A stretch of 37,414 nucleotides of DNA from a virus. The position numbers and the translations under genes are program-made. The DNA is taken from the IMG/VR virus record IMGVR_UViG_3300001200_000025, positions 1 to 37,414 of that record, one strand, 5' to 3'. The notes beneath the pieces are model-generated. The model worked only from the letters and a program-made list of their open reading frames with translations, was not told where the DNA came from and did not search any database. Below are positions 1-7,760 of this stretch, piece after piece (the stretch's first letter is position 1; every line of letters begins with the position of its first letter).

Positions 1-49
1 CCGAAAATCACTTTGACGCCATCGTGACGGACCCGCCCTACCACCTCAC
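1..49. repeat. Terminal direct repeat, left copy (identical to 37366-37414). Marks circular closure or assembly overlap.
   Basis: ccgaaaatcactttgacgccatcgtgacggacccgccctaccacctcac occurs exactly at both window ends, and the reading frame of the MTase gene is preserved across the junction. Confidence 0.95.
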
Positions 50-1235
50 CTCCATCGTGAAACGCTTTGGCGGCGAGAATGCCGCCCCGGCAAGCGAGGG
101 CACCGATGGCCTTTTCAAGCGCTCATCAAAGGGATTCATGGGCAAATCATGGGATGGCGGCGATATCGCCTTTCGCCCCGAAACATGGGCCGCCGCCCTG
201 CGCGTGCTCAAGCCCGGTGGGCATCTTGTGGCATTTTCCGCCGCGCGCACCTATGCGCACATGGCCGTTGCCATTGAGGTGGCCGGTTTTGAGATGCGCG
301 ACGCCATTCTTAGCCTCTATTCGGCGAGTGCTGAATGGCGGGCCTTTCTGGATAGTTTGACGCCCGATCAGATCGGTCACCTTGCCACCGCCTGCGCCAC
401 ATCCGATGCGCCCTTGCTGGCGTGGCTCTACGGCTGCGGATTCCCCAAGAGCCATGATGTTTCAAAGGCCATCGACAAGGCATTGGGGGCCGAGCGCGGC
501 CCGGGCGTGCTTAAAGGAAAATCCAAAGTGGGCGGCGGCGATGTTTGCACAACCGGCATGACCGGCGGCGAATACTTTGAAACGCAGGCCGCCACCGCGC
601 AGGCCGCCGAATGGGAAGGTTGGGGCACCGCCCTCAAGCCCGCATGGGAGCCGATTGTTCTGGCCCGCAAGCCGCTGGCCGAGGGGTCTGTGGCGCGCCA
701 GCACATGGCCACCGGCACCGGCGGCCTCAACATTGATGCCGCGCGCATTCCCTCGGGGGCCGACAAGGCCACCCAAAGCGGTGCGCGGGCGGCTGGCAAT
801 GGGTGGGGTGCAGCACCGGCGCGCGCCCTGCCGTCTGATCGCTGGCCCGCCAATGTGGTGCATGACGGCAGCGCCGAGGTGCTTGGCAAGTTTCCAGTGG
901 ATGCCGGGGTATCTGCCGCGCGGTTCTTCTATTCGGCCAAGGCTGACAAGGCCGACCGGGCCGGGTCAGATCACCCTACCGTAAAGCCCCAATCGCTCAT
1001 GCAGTGGCTGGTGCGTTTGACTACAGCGCGGGGTGGCCGCGTGCTGGATATGTTTAGCGGGTCAGGCTCCACCGGGTGGGCATCTGCCGTAGAGGGCCGT
1101 GATTGCCACCTGATTGAACGTGACCCGGCCTATGCCGCGCACATTCGCGCGCGCCTTTCTGAATTTGACCCCGAAAAACTGGCCGAGGCCCCTGCGCCCA
1201 TCGCCGGTGCTCAACCCGATTTATTTGGAGGCTGA
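1..1235 (+). CDS. Site-specific DNA methyltransferase (beta-class N6A/N4C), 3' portion. The 5' portion is at 37311-37414.
   Basis: In-frame continuation of the ORF starting at ATG 37311. Motif IV TDPPYHL lies near the N-terminus and motif I MFSGSGST near the C-terminus, which is the beta-class order. It also has RVLKPGG and LNIDAARIP segments typical of phage PF01555-type MTases. No cognate nuclease is adjacent. Confidence 0.85.
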   Translation, partial: ENHFDAIVTDPPYHLTSIVKRFGGENAAPASEGTDGLFKRSSKGFMGKSWDGGDIAFRPETWAAALRVLKPGGHLVAFSAARTYAHMAVAIEVAGFEMRDAILSLYSASAEWRAFLDSLTPDQIGHLATACATSDAPLLAWLYGCGFPKSHDVSKAIDKALGAERGPGVLKGKSKVGGGDVCTTGMTGGEYFETQAATAQAAEWEGWGTALKPAWEPIVLARKPLAEGSVARQHMATGTGGLNIDAARIPSGADKATQSGARAAGNGWGAAPARALPSDRWPANVVHDGSAEVLGKFPVDAGVSAARFFYSAKADKADRAGSDHPTVKPQSLMQWLVRLTTARGGRVLDMFSGSGSTGWASAVEGRDCHLIERDPAYAAHIRARLSEFDPEKLAEAPAPIAGAQPDLFGG

Positions 1236-1236
1236 C

Positions 1237-1497
1237 ATGACCCACCCCCACACCTGCATTGCCCCGATATCGCAGCGCCTTGAGGCCAGCCCGTGGCAGC
1301 AATTGCCCGAGATGGCCGCCAATTACCGCGCCGAGCGCGCTGGCATAGAGGCCGCCCTGCGCTTGCTTGAGGCTTTCCACGTCCACCACGCCCTGCGCCT
1401 CAAGGCTCAAGGGCAAAATCGTGCTTGCACCCTGCGCCTCACCGCCGCGACCCAAGCCGCCATCCTGCGCACTGATATTGTGGGGGCGATGCGATGA
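1237..1497 (+). CDS. Hypothetical protein (86 aa)
   Basis: ATG 1237 lies 1 nt after the MTase stop, and the 3' end overlaps the next start (ATGA at 1494). The longer ORF from 1114 would overlap the MTase and is less likely. Confidence 0.5.
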   Translation: MTHPHTCIAPISQRLEASPWQQLPEMAANYRAERAGIEAALRLLEAFHVHHALRLKAQGQNRACTLRLTAATQAAILRTDIVGAMR

Positions 1498-2372
1498 GCA
1501 ACCTTGGCTTTCCTAAGCACTGCATTGACGCCTATTTGGCGCACGTGATTGATGGCAAATCCCTCGGCTTTCTTGCCGGTCAGGATGGCGGCCACCGATC
1601 AACACACCTACGCCGCGTCCGCCGCATTGAGGAATTGCGGGATAACCCCGAATGGGACGCAATTGTCACTCGCCTTACCGAGCACCGCCTTGCGCGTGGT
1701 GGTGAGGTGTCTGGCGCGGTATCGCGTGACACGGTTTGTGCGGCTCTTTCAATGACCTTGGGCGATTTGCACGCCGACTTTTCGAGGGCGGCGCAGATGC
1801 TTTGCCGCCGCGAGTATTACCTGTTGGCTGGCGATGTACCAAGGGCCGCCATCGGTTCACCTGATGGCGTGCGTGGCCATGTGTCGCGTGAGGTTGCATT
1901 GGCGGCCATCGCCCTCGGGTGGATTGTTTCGGCTGGCCGATCCTCGGGCCGCGCTCGCAAGTATGTTGCGGCTAAAACCATCACAGAATGCTTTGCGCCG
2001 CCATCATTCACCCAAGATGAGCCGAAACTGCCACTTGCGGTGCGCTCGGGCCGCATTCGTTATTCGGCACCGCTGAACCCGCTTGAGGCACTGTCAAACC
2101 GCAAGGGCCAAACGCTGGTCACCGTTGACCACCTGCGCCTTGGCCAAGAGTTTCACGAGATTTACACCTTGCGCGAAAGTGCGATGGCCGTGGCGTTTGA
2201 TCAGATCACGCAAGCCTTGCCGCCGCGTATCATGCAAATTTTGACCGAGGTTTGCGGCAAGCACACGGGATTTGAGGAGGTTGAGCAGAGAATGAGCCTG
2301 CCCGCCCGCTCGGCTAAGGCGGTGATCGCATTTGCGCTCGATTCCTACGGGCACGCCCGAAATGCCGCATGA
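1494..2372 (+). CDS. Hypothetical protein, possible DNA-binding regulator (C-terminus resembles DUF6456-type HTH)
   Basis: 292-aa ORF with ATGA coupling at both ends. The C-terminal segment EQRMSLPARSAKAVIAFALDSYGH resembles alphaproteobacterial DUF6456 proteins, from memory only. Confidence 0.6.
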   Translation: MSNLGFPKHCIDAYLAHVIDGKSLGFLAGQDGGHRSTHLRRVRRIEELRDNPEWDAIVTRLTEHRLARGGEVSGAVSRDTVCAALSMTLGDLHADFSRAAQMLCRREYYLLAGDVPRAAIGSPDGVRGHVSREVALAAIALGWIVSAGRSSGRARKYVAAKTITECFAPPSFTQDEPKLPLAVRSGRIRYSAPLNPLEALSNRKGQTLVTVDHLRLGQEFHEIYTLRESAMAVAFDQITQALPPRIMQILTEVCGKHTGFEEVEQRMSLPARSAKAVIAFALDSYGHARNAA

Positions 2373-2650
2373 GCCGCCCCGCGCCCGATCTGTGCGAGGT
2401 GTGCGGCGCATCCCCCCCCAAATCTGGCATTGGTTTCCCGGCATATCCGCCATGGTTTCCCCACCTAGCCAAACTGCCCCGGCACTTGTGGGGCGGGGCA
2501 ATCTACATCTGCGGTGACCCGGCTTGTGATCTGGCCGCGCAAAAACGCGCGGCCAAGGCGGCGGCCAGCGCGGGCATCACCCTCAAGACGATCTGGCGGC
2601 ACAATTTGATCCGCACCACGCAAGACCAATACGAGAGGAAAGCGCCATGA
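2369..2650 (+). CDS. Hypothetical Cys-containing small protein (93 aa)
   Basis: ATGA overlap with the upstream gene. CxxC (CEVC) plus CGDPAC suggest a small zinc-binding fold. Confidence 0.55.
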   Translation: MSRPAPDLCEVCGASPPKSGIGFPAYPPWFPHLAKLPRHLWGGAIYICGDPACDLAAQKRAAKAAASAGITLKTIWRHNLIRTTQDQYERKAP

Positions 2651-2823
2651 AAGGCAAAAACACCCTGAAATTGAACCACGCCACGATGGTTGAGGCGGTC
2701 AACCTGTGGCTGGGCGCGCAATTCAAGACGCCGCCCACCTGCGAAAAGGTCACGCAATTGCCCGACCATTTCAGCGGCGAATTTGAGGTCAGGGTTTCCT
2801 CACCCGATGAGGTGCAGCAATGA
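2647..2823 (+). CDS. Hypothetical small protein (58 aa), not in the supplied ORF track
   Basis: Read by hand as MKGKNTLKLNHATMVEAVNLWLGAQFKTPPTCEKVTQLPDHFSGEFEVRVSSPDEVQQ. ATGA overlaps at both ends exactly fill the gap between flanking genes. Confidence 0.45.
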   Translation: MKGKNTLKLNHATMVEAVNLWLGAQFKTPPTCEKVTQLPDHFSGEFEVRVSSPDEVQQ

Positions 2824-3443
2824 TCAATCCCTTCCCCGGCTTCAAAGCAACCGCCACCACCGTGCATGATGCCTCAATCTGGACCGGCAGCACCTACATG
2901 GATTTGGTCAACCCGAACCCAGCCGAGATCAGCTTTACCGAAATCGCGCGCGCCCTGTCACGCATCGCCCGTTTTACCGGGCACACCGACCGTTTCTATT
3001 CGGTGGCCGAGCATTGCGTGAATTGCGTGGCGGTGTTTTCATTTCACGCGGCAGGCGATATCTACACCGACCCGCATTTGCGCGATATCGCGCAGGATAT
3101 CCTTATGCACGATGCTGCCGAGGCGTATCTGGGCGATGTGTCCAGCCCGCTCAAGCGCGTGATCGCCGAATGCTACAAGCCGCTTGAGGCCAACATGCAC
3201 GCGGCCATCGCGGCGCGCTTCAATCTCGGTGGCACGGCACCTGAATGGGTCAAGCGCTGCGACCTTGAGGTGCTGAATGCCGAAAAGCTGGCGCTCATGC
3301 CCGAGGCCGGTGAGTGGCCGTGCGATGTGGCGCGGGTGCCAGATATCGAGATTTTGGGCCTTGAGCCTGAAATTGCCGAGCGCGATTTTACCCACATGGC
3401 CGAGGACTTGGGCCTCATTCCTGCCGAGGGGGTGACGTTCTAA
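2820..3443 (+). CDS. HD-domain phosphohydrolase (YfbR/5'-deoxynucleotidase-like)
   Basis: Motifs RFTGHT, YSVAEHCV and ILMHDAAEAYLGDVSSPLK form the H...HD...D metal-binding pattern of the HD superfamily. Confidence 0.85.
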   Translation: MINPFPGFKATATTVHDASIWTGSTYMDLVNPNPAEISFTEIARALSRIARFTGHTDRFYSVAEHCVNCVAVFSFHAAGDIYTDPHLRDIAQDILMHDAAEAYLGDVSSPLKRVIAECYKPLEANMHAAIAARFNLGGTAPEWVKRCDLEVLNAEKLALMPEAGEWPCDVARVPDIEILGLEPEIAERDFTHMAEDLGLIPAEGVTF

Positions 3444-4643
3444 ATGGCCCTTTCGGATGAGGTCAAGGCCCGCGTGAGCCTGCGCAAATTGGCCGAGGAT
3501 GACGTGGTTTGGGATATGCACAAGAGCAATCTCAAGCGCGGTGATCTGTGGGCACCGTGCCCGTTTCACGGCGAGGCATCGGCCAGCTTTCATGTGACCG
3601 AGCCGAAAGGTACGGGAGGGCAATTCTATTGCTTTGGGTGCCAAGCCAAAGGGTCGTGCATCGACTACCTGATGGCCCGTGATGCCCTGACCTTCGCCGC
3701 CGCCGTCAAGGCGCTGGCCGATGAGGAACGGATTGACCGTGTGGCAGACCCCGCCCGGCAGGCCGCCGTGCGCGAGGCCGCCGCTGATCGGCAGCAAGAG
3801 GCGGAAAAAGACCAGACCAAGCGCGCGCAGCACAATCAGAAAATGGCGCTCTACATCTGGAACTCATCGACCGCCGGTGAGGTGCCCGAACTGGTCACCT
3901 ACCTTGAGGGGCGCGGCATCCGCCTGGACGCCATCGGGGGCGTGCCGCCGACGTTGCGCTACCACCCCGACCAGCCACATTATGACAGCACCGGCAAGCT
4001 GGTGCACAGCGGCCCGTGCATGGTGGCCTTTATCGGGCGCAAGCGCCTTTTGGGCGTGCACCGCACGTGGATTGACGGCCCCGCCCGGCAATGTGTCGAT
4101 GGCAAAAAGCTGGCCAAGAAAATGCTGGGCCGCACGGGTGAGATTTTTGGCGCGCCGGTGGTTTTGGACTACGCGAAACCGGCCCCCCCCGACTACGCAC
4201 GCGCCAGCGTTACGCTGATCGCCGGTGAAGGTATCGAGACAACGCTTGCGGCATATGCGGCGGCGATGGCGCGGGGAAACCGCCCCCAAGGCTATCTGGT
4301 GGAGGCCGCGCTTTCACTGCCCGCCCTTTGCGGCCCCGGTGCCGCATCCGCTGGCCCCGAATTGGGCCGCACGGGCAAGCCGCTGCCCTGCCCCACCGCG
4401 CAGATCGACGCTGACCGCCCCGGCTACCTGCCGCCCAAGGGCACCGCCCGCGCAGTCATTCTGGCAGACCCGAGCACCAAGTGCCCGGAAACCGCCCGCC
4501 TGCACGCCCTGCGCGCGCTGGACAAGATCACCCCCCATTGCACCCACGGTGCCCGGCTGGCCGTGCCCCGTGGTGCGTGGGACCACGACGATGATTTTGC
4601 CGATTTGGCCCAAAAAGGAGAGCTATACGATGACAAGCGATAA
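3444..4643 (+). CDS. DNA primase-like protein (CHC2 zinc finger + Toprim)
   Basis: The N-terminus has CPFHGEASASFHV...YCFGCQAKG, a CHC2 zinc finger. The C-terminal half has LIAGEGIETTLA, a Toprim acidic motif. Confidence 0.8.
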   Translation: MALSDEVKARVSLRKLAEDDVVWDMHKSNLKRGDLWAPCPFHGEASASFHVTEPKGTGGQFYCFGCQAKGSCIDYLMARDALTFAAAVKALADEERIDRVADPARQAAVREAAADRQQEAEKDQTKRAQHNQKMALYIWNSSTAGEVPELVTYLEGRGIRLDAIGGVPPTLRYHPDQPHYDSTGKLVHSGPCMVAFIGRKRLLGVHRTWIDGPARQCVDGKKLAKKMLGRTGEIFGAPVVLDYAKPAPPDYARASVTLIAGEGIETTLAAYAAAMARGNRPQGYLVEAALSLPALCGPGAASAGPELGRTGKPLPCPTAQIDADRPGYLPPKGTARAVILADPSTKCPETARLHALRALDKITPHCTHGARLAVPRGAWDHDDDFADLAQKGELYDDKR

Positions 4644-4842
4644 AGAGCGAAAGAAGGACTATTTCAAGGCTATTTCAAAGGGGGCAAAATATGCCTTGGA
4701 TGGCAAGTTGATGGGTGACTTGCAATACGGCGTAATGCTTTTGTCCTTGGTTAAAGCCGCTGAGATTGATGGGGTATCCCTTGATGACGCAATGGCTGCC
4801 GTAGATAAGCAAGAGATCAATTTTGCGGGTGGTCTGCAATGA
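4630..4842 (+). CDS. Hypothetical small protein (70 aa) in a low-GC patch
   Basis: ATG 4630 is preceded by AAAGGAG. The 3' end overlaps the next start (ATGA). Local GC is clearly lower than in the flanks. Confidence 0.5.
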   Translation: MTSDKERKKDYFKAISKGAKYALDGKLMGDLQYGVMLLSLVKAAEIDGVSLDDAMAAVDKQEINFAGGLQ

Positions 4843-5381
4843 ACACCCCTGACCTGACCCCCACCGCCAAGATGGCGCACACCATCTGCCGTGCCATGCT
4901 CGGTCCCCACTGCTGCGGATGTGAGCGTTCAGGTAAGGGTGATTATTGTGAGACGATGGCGGATACCGGCACGCAAGCGATGATTGCCGCAGGAGTCACC
5001 GCAGAGGCGGCGCGCCTGATCCTAAATGGGCAAGCAGCAACCCCGCACCACAAATCCGCAAACAGTGGCGAGCAGGGGGTGAGCACGCCGCGCGCAAACA
5101 CCGACTACGTGCACCGCATCCTTTTCCGCGCGCGCACCGATGCGGCAACGGCGCAGCATCGCTACCCCCAACCAAACATCACCTTGCTCAAACTGGCCGA
5201 GGAGGCCGGTGAGGTCGTGAAAACCGGCGTGCATCTGTCTGAGGGTCGTGATTTCAGTTGGGCCGATTTTGAGGTCGAGGTCGTGCAGACAATCGCCATG
5301 TGCCTGCGCCTCTTGGTTGAGGGGGATGAAACCATCGGCCTCATTCCACCGCCCGGCCACCATATCGGCGACGGCGCGTGA
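4839..5381 (+). CDS. MazG-like nucleoside triphosphate pyrophosphohydrolase with Cys-rich N-terminal region
   Basis: The C-terminal half has LLKLAEEAGEVVK ... DFEVEVVQTIAMCLRLL, an EExxE plus helix pattern of the all-alpha NTP-PPase/MazG family. The N-terminus has CCGCERSGKGDYC. Confidence 0.6.
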   Translation: MNTPDLTPTAKMAHTICRAMLGPHCCGCERSGKGDYCETMADTGTQAMIAAGVTAEAARLILNGQAATPHHKSANSGEQGVSTPRANTDYVHRILFRARTDAATAQHRYPQPNITLLKLAEEAGEVVKTGVHLSEGRDFSWADFEVEVVQTIAMCLRLLVEGDETIGLIPPPGHHIGDGA

Positions 5382-5716
5382 CCAGCCGCCGCGCCCGCAT
5401 CCGCGAAAAGATCGCCGCAAATGTCATCCTGCGCCCGTGCCCCGTGCCCGGCCTGATCGGTGATTGCCATGAGTGGCAAGGCGGCACCAGCGGCATCGGG
5501 CGCGGCGGCAATTATGCCCGCATGAGTTTGGACGGCGGCACCGTGGCCGTCCACATCGCGGCATGGGTGAATGAGAATGGCCTGATCCCGCCGCGCAAGC
5601 AACTTGATCACCTGTGCCGCGTGCGCAGGTGCGTGAACCCGGCGCACCTTGAATTGGTGACGCCAAAACAAAACGCAAAGCGGCGCAGCGCCGCAAACCG
5701 AAAGGCACGAAAATGA
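5378..5716 (+). CDS. HNH endonuclease
   Basis: CHEWQGG...VAVHIAAW...LDHLCRVRRCVNPAHLELVTPKQN is the classic HNH_3 pattern. GTG start overlaps the upstream stop (GTGA). Confidence 0.85.
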   Translation: MTSRRARIREKIAANVILRPCPVPGLIGDCHEWQGGTSGIGRGGNYARMSLDGGTVAVHIAAWVNENGLIPPRKQLDHLCRVRRCVNPAHLELVTPKQNAKRRSAANRKARK

Positions 5717-6702
5717 GCACATCTGAGAACCTGAAACTGCCCCTCTTGTTGCCTGCGCAGGCGCAAAAGCATGTCACCGTTAATGAGGCACTATCCTTGC
5801 TCGACGTTCTGGCCGCCTTGGTTGTCGTGTCAGCCGATCAAACTACCCCGCCCGCAAACCCCGCCAATGGGATGGCCTATATCGTCAACACCGACGCGAC
5901 TGGCGATTGGTTGGGTAAAGACGGCCAGATTGCCGCATTCATCAACGGCGGGTGGGTTTTCATCACCCCTGCCGCCGGATGGTCCGCGTGGGACAACCGC
6001 GAAAATCAGGCGCTCATCTTTAGCAACGGCAGGTGGTCACCGAGGCCCGCTGGGCAAACCACCCCGCGCCTTGGCATTAACGCCACCGCCGATGATGTAA
6101 ACCGACTTTCCGTCTCCTCGCCCGCCTCACTGTTAAACCATGATGGCGCGGGCCATCAACTCAAGATCAATAAGGACGCCGTTTCCGACACAGCCAGCCT
6201 GCTTTACCAGCGCGATTTTTCGGGCCGCGCCGAGATGGGTCTGGCCGGGTCTGATGATTTTTCAGTAAAGGTGAGCGCCGATGGCGTGACTTGGCTTGAG
6301 GCGATGCGTTGCGAGCCGCTCACGGGTACCGCCGTTTTTGAGAACGGCCTAGACAGTCTGCAATTGATTATCCCCCACAATGGTGTTGCATCAATCAGCA
6401 CGCCATCATCGGGCGGCTTCTTGCTTGTCTCTATGGTCAACCCGGGCTTTCCCCAAAGCAACGCCAACGGAATCCTTGTTTACGACACCGGAGTCAACCC
6501 GGGCCTGACCAGCGTTTGGCTTGGCGGCAGTCTGGAGAATGCGGGCACGACAAGCCTCACGGGCGCAACTGGTGCGGCGGGAAAGGTCAGCCTGAGCGCT
6601 CAAGCTGGCGGCACCATTCAAATTGAGCACCGGCACGGCGCAGGCGGCGGCCAGCCCGGTCAATTCTGCATCACTTGGATCAACGGATTCCGCCCGGCCT
6701 GA
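5713..6702 (+). CDS. DUF2793-like protein (virion-surface or fibre-like family seen in alphaproteobacterial phage/GTA loci)
   Basis: The N-terminus LKLPLLLPAQAQKHVTVNEALSLLDVL ... NGMAYIV ... GQIAAFINGGWVFITP matches the remembered DUF2793 signature. Confidence 0.65.
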   Translation: MSTSENLKLPLLLPAQAQKHVTVNEALSLLDVLAALVVVSADQTTPPANPANGMAYIVNTDATGDWLGKDGQIAAFINGGWVFITPAAGWSAWDNRENQALIFSNGRWSPRPAGQTTPRLGINATADDVNRLSVSSPASLLNHDGAGHQLKINKDAVSDTASLLYQRDFSGRAEMGLAGSDDFSVKVSADGVTWLEAMRCEPLTGTAVFENGLDSLQLIIPHNGVASISTPSSGGFLLVSMVNPGFPQSNANGILVYDTGVNPGLTSVWLGGSLENAGTTSLTGATGAAGKVSLSAQAGGTIQIEHRHGAGGGQPGQFCITWINGFRPA

Positions 6703-6752
6703 TCGGCCACCGCCACCCCGCGCACAATCACCCCCAAGAAAGGGAAACCCGA

Positions 6753-7151
6753 ATGACTGCAATTCTTATCTGGATGAAAACCAAAATCGCCGCATGGCTA
6801 GAGCGCCCCGCCGCCGCCATCATCAACAACAATTACGGCCCCGCGCCTAGCCCTTCGGGCCTCACGTCTGATCAAGCCCGGGCCATTGCTGATCAGCACC
6901 TGCCGCCAACCCTGCACTCTGATGCCTCAACCCGCACCTGCGCCGCGCCGCACCCCGAGCGCCCCCTAGGCTCAAAAGAGCACGGCCTGACTGCTGGCCA
7001 AGAGGTGCGCCTGAATAGCTGCGATGTGTGGATGACGGTGCTCTATGCCGATTGTTGCGAGGCCGATTGCGCGTGGTTTGATGGCCACACGATGCACCAA
7101 GACACATTCCCGCTGGCGTGCCTGACCGTCACGCCGCAAATGCCGTTTTGA
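6753..7151 (+). CDS. Hypothetical protein with DUF2158 (YodC)-like C-terminus
   Basis: ATG 6753 follows AAGAAAGGGA. The C-terminus GQEVRLNSCDVWMTVL...CAWFDGHTMHQDTFPLACL resembles DUF2158. Confidence 0.5.
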   Translation: MTAILIWMKTKIAAWLERPAAAIINNNYGPAPSPSGLTSDQARAIADQHLPPTLHSDASTRTCAAPHPERPLGSKEHGLTAGQEVRLNSCDVWMTVLYADCCEADCAWFDGHTMHQDTFPLACLTVTPQMPF

Positions 7152-7162
7152 GGGGTAAATCA

Positions 7163-7381
7163 ATGAAGCATATCACCAACGCGGGCACCTTGGCCAACCT
7201 CACCATGCTCGGCGGCTCACTGGCCGCCACCCACAACCTCAAGAACCCCAAGGCGCGCGCCACGCAAACCCGCAACATGACCGATGAGGAGGCCGCCGCC
7301 GCTGCGCAGGCCCGCAAGGGGCCATCGCGGCAGGTGCGCCGGGCCTATGAGCGTGCGCGGGCGAAGGGGCAGGGGGCATGA
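7163..7381 (+). CDS. Hypothetical basic small protein (72 aa)
   Basis: ATG 7163 follows GAGGGG. The 3' end overlaps the next start (ATGA). Confidence 0.45.
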   Translation: MKHITNAGTLANLTMLGGSLAATHNLKNPKARATQTRNMTDEEAAAAAQARKGPSRQVRRAYERARAKGQGA

Positions 7382-7710
7382 GTAACGCCAGCCCATCCCA
7401 ACGGCTGGTAACGCGCCACCACCCTCTTGATAATGGCGTATCAAGTTGGAATGAGAAACGAAAAAAGGCAGGCCTGCCCGCCATCCGCTTTCCAAATTTG
7501 CGGGCCTGTCACGGCTGCTTAGGTGAGATTTTCGGGGGTGGGGTTTGGGTCTACTCGGTGGCCGAGGGCGTAAAGTCAGATGCCGCCTCAGCCACCCCAG
7601 ATCGCCACCTTTACCACAAAGCGTGCGCGCCAGTCGTGCGGTCGAAATTCACTCCACCCGCACGCTCATACGCGGATATCTTCCACACCCAAGAAACCCC
7701 GCGCCCCTGA
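7378..7710 (+). CDS. Hypothetical protein (110 aa)
   Basis: An ORF coupled to the upstream gene, with no recognisable motif. Confidence 0.5.
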   Translation: MSNASPSQRLVTRHHPLDNGVSSWNEKRKKAGLPAIRFPNLRACHGCLGEIFGGGVWVYSVAEGVKSDAASATPDRHLYHKACAPVVRSKFTPPARSYADIFHTQETPRP

Positions 7711-7711
7711 T

Positions 7712-7737
7712 CACCTCACCGCCGCACCTCACCTCAC
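7712..7737. repeat. CACCTCACC repeats immediately upstream of the primase-helicase gene
   Basis: cacctcacc is at 7712-7720 and cacctcacctcac at 7725-7737. The same heptamer family (CCTCACC/GGTGAGG) clusters at 9.43-9.80 kb. Confidence 0.5.
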
Positions 7738-7760
7738 GAAAATAAGAAACGGACCCGGGC

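Noticed and set aside
3039-3833. 264-aa minus-strand ORF. Similar long antisense ORFs lie at 428-889, 5162-5722, 7865-8669, 11624-12244, 14015-14728, 15428-16063, 17605-18657, 21679-22431, 24771-25493, 25833-26816, 26916-27611, 30160-30699, 31107-31715 and 33930-34721.
   Set aside because: Each lies antisense to a + strand gene with clear family motifs or operon coupling. Long stop-free antisense frames are expected at this GC content. Their products are Arg/Ala/Gly/Pro-rich with no motifs.
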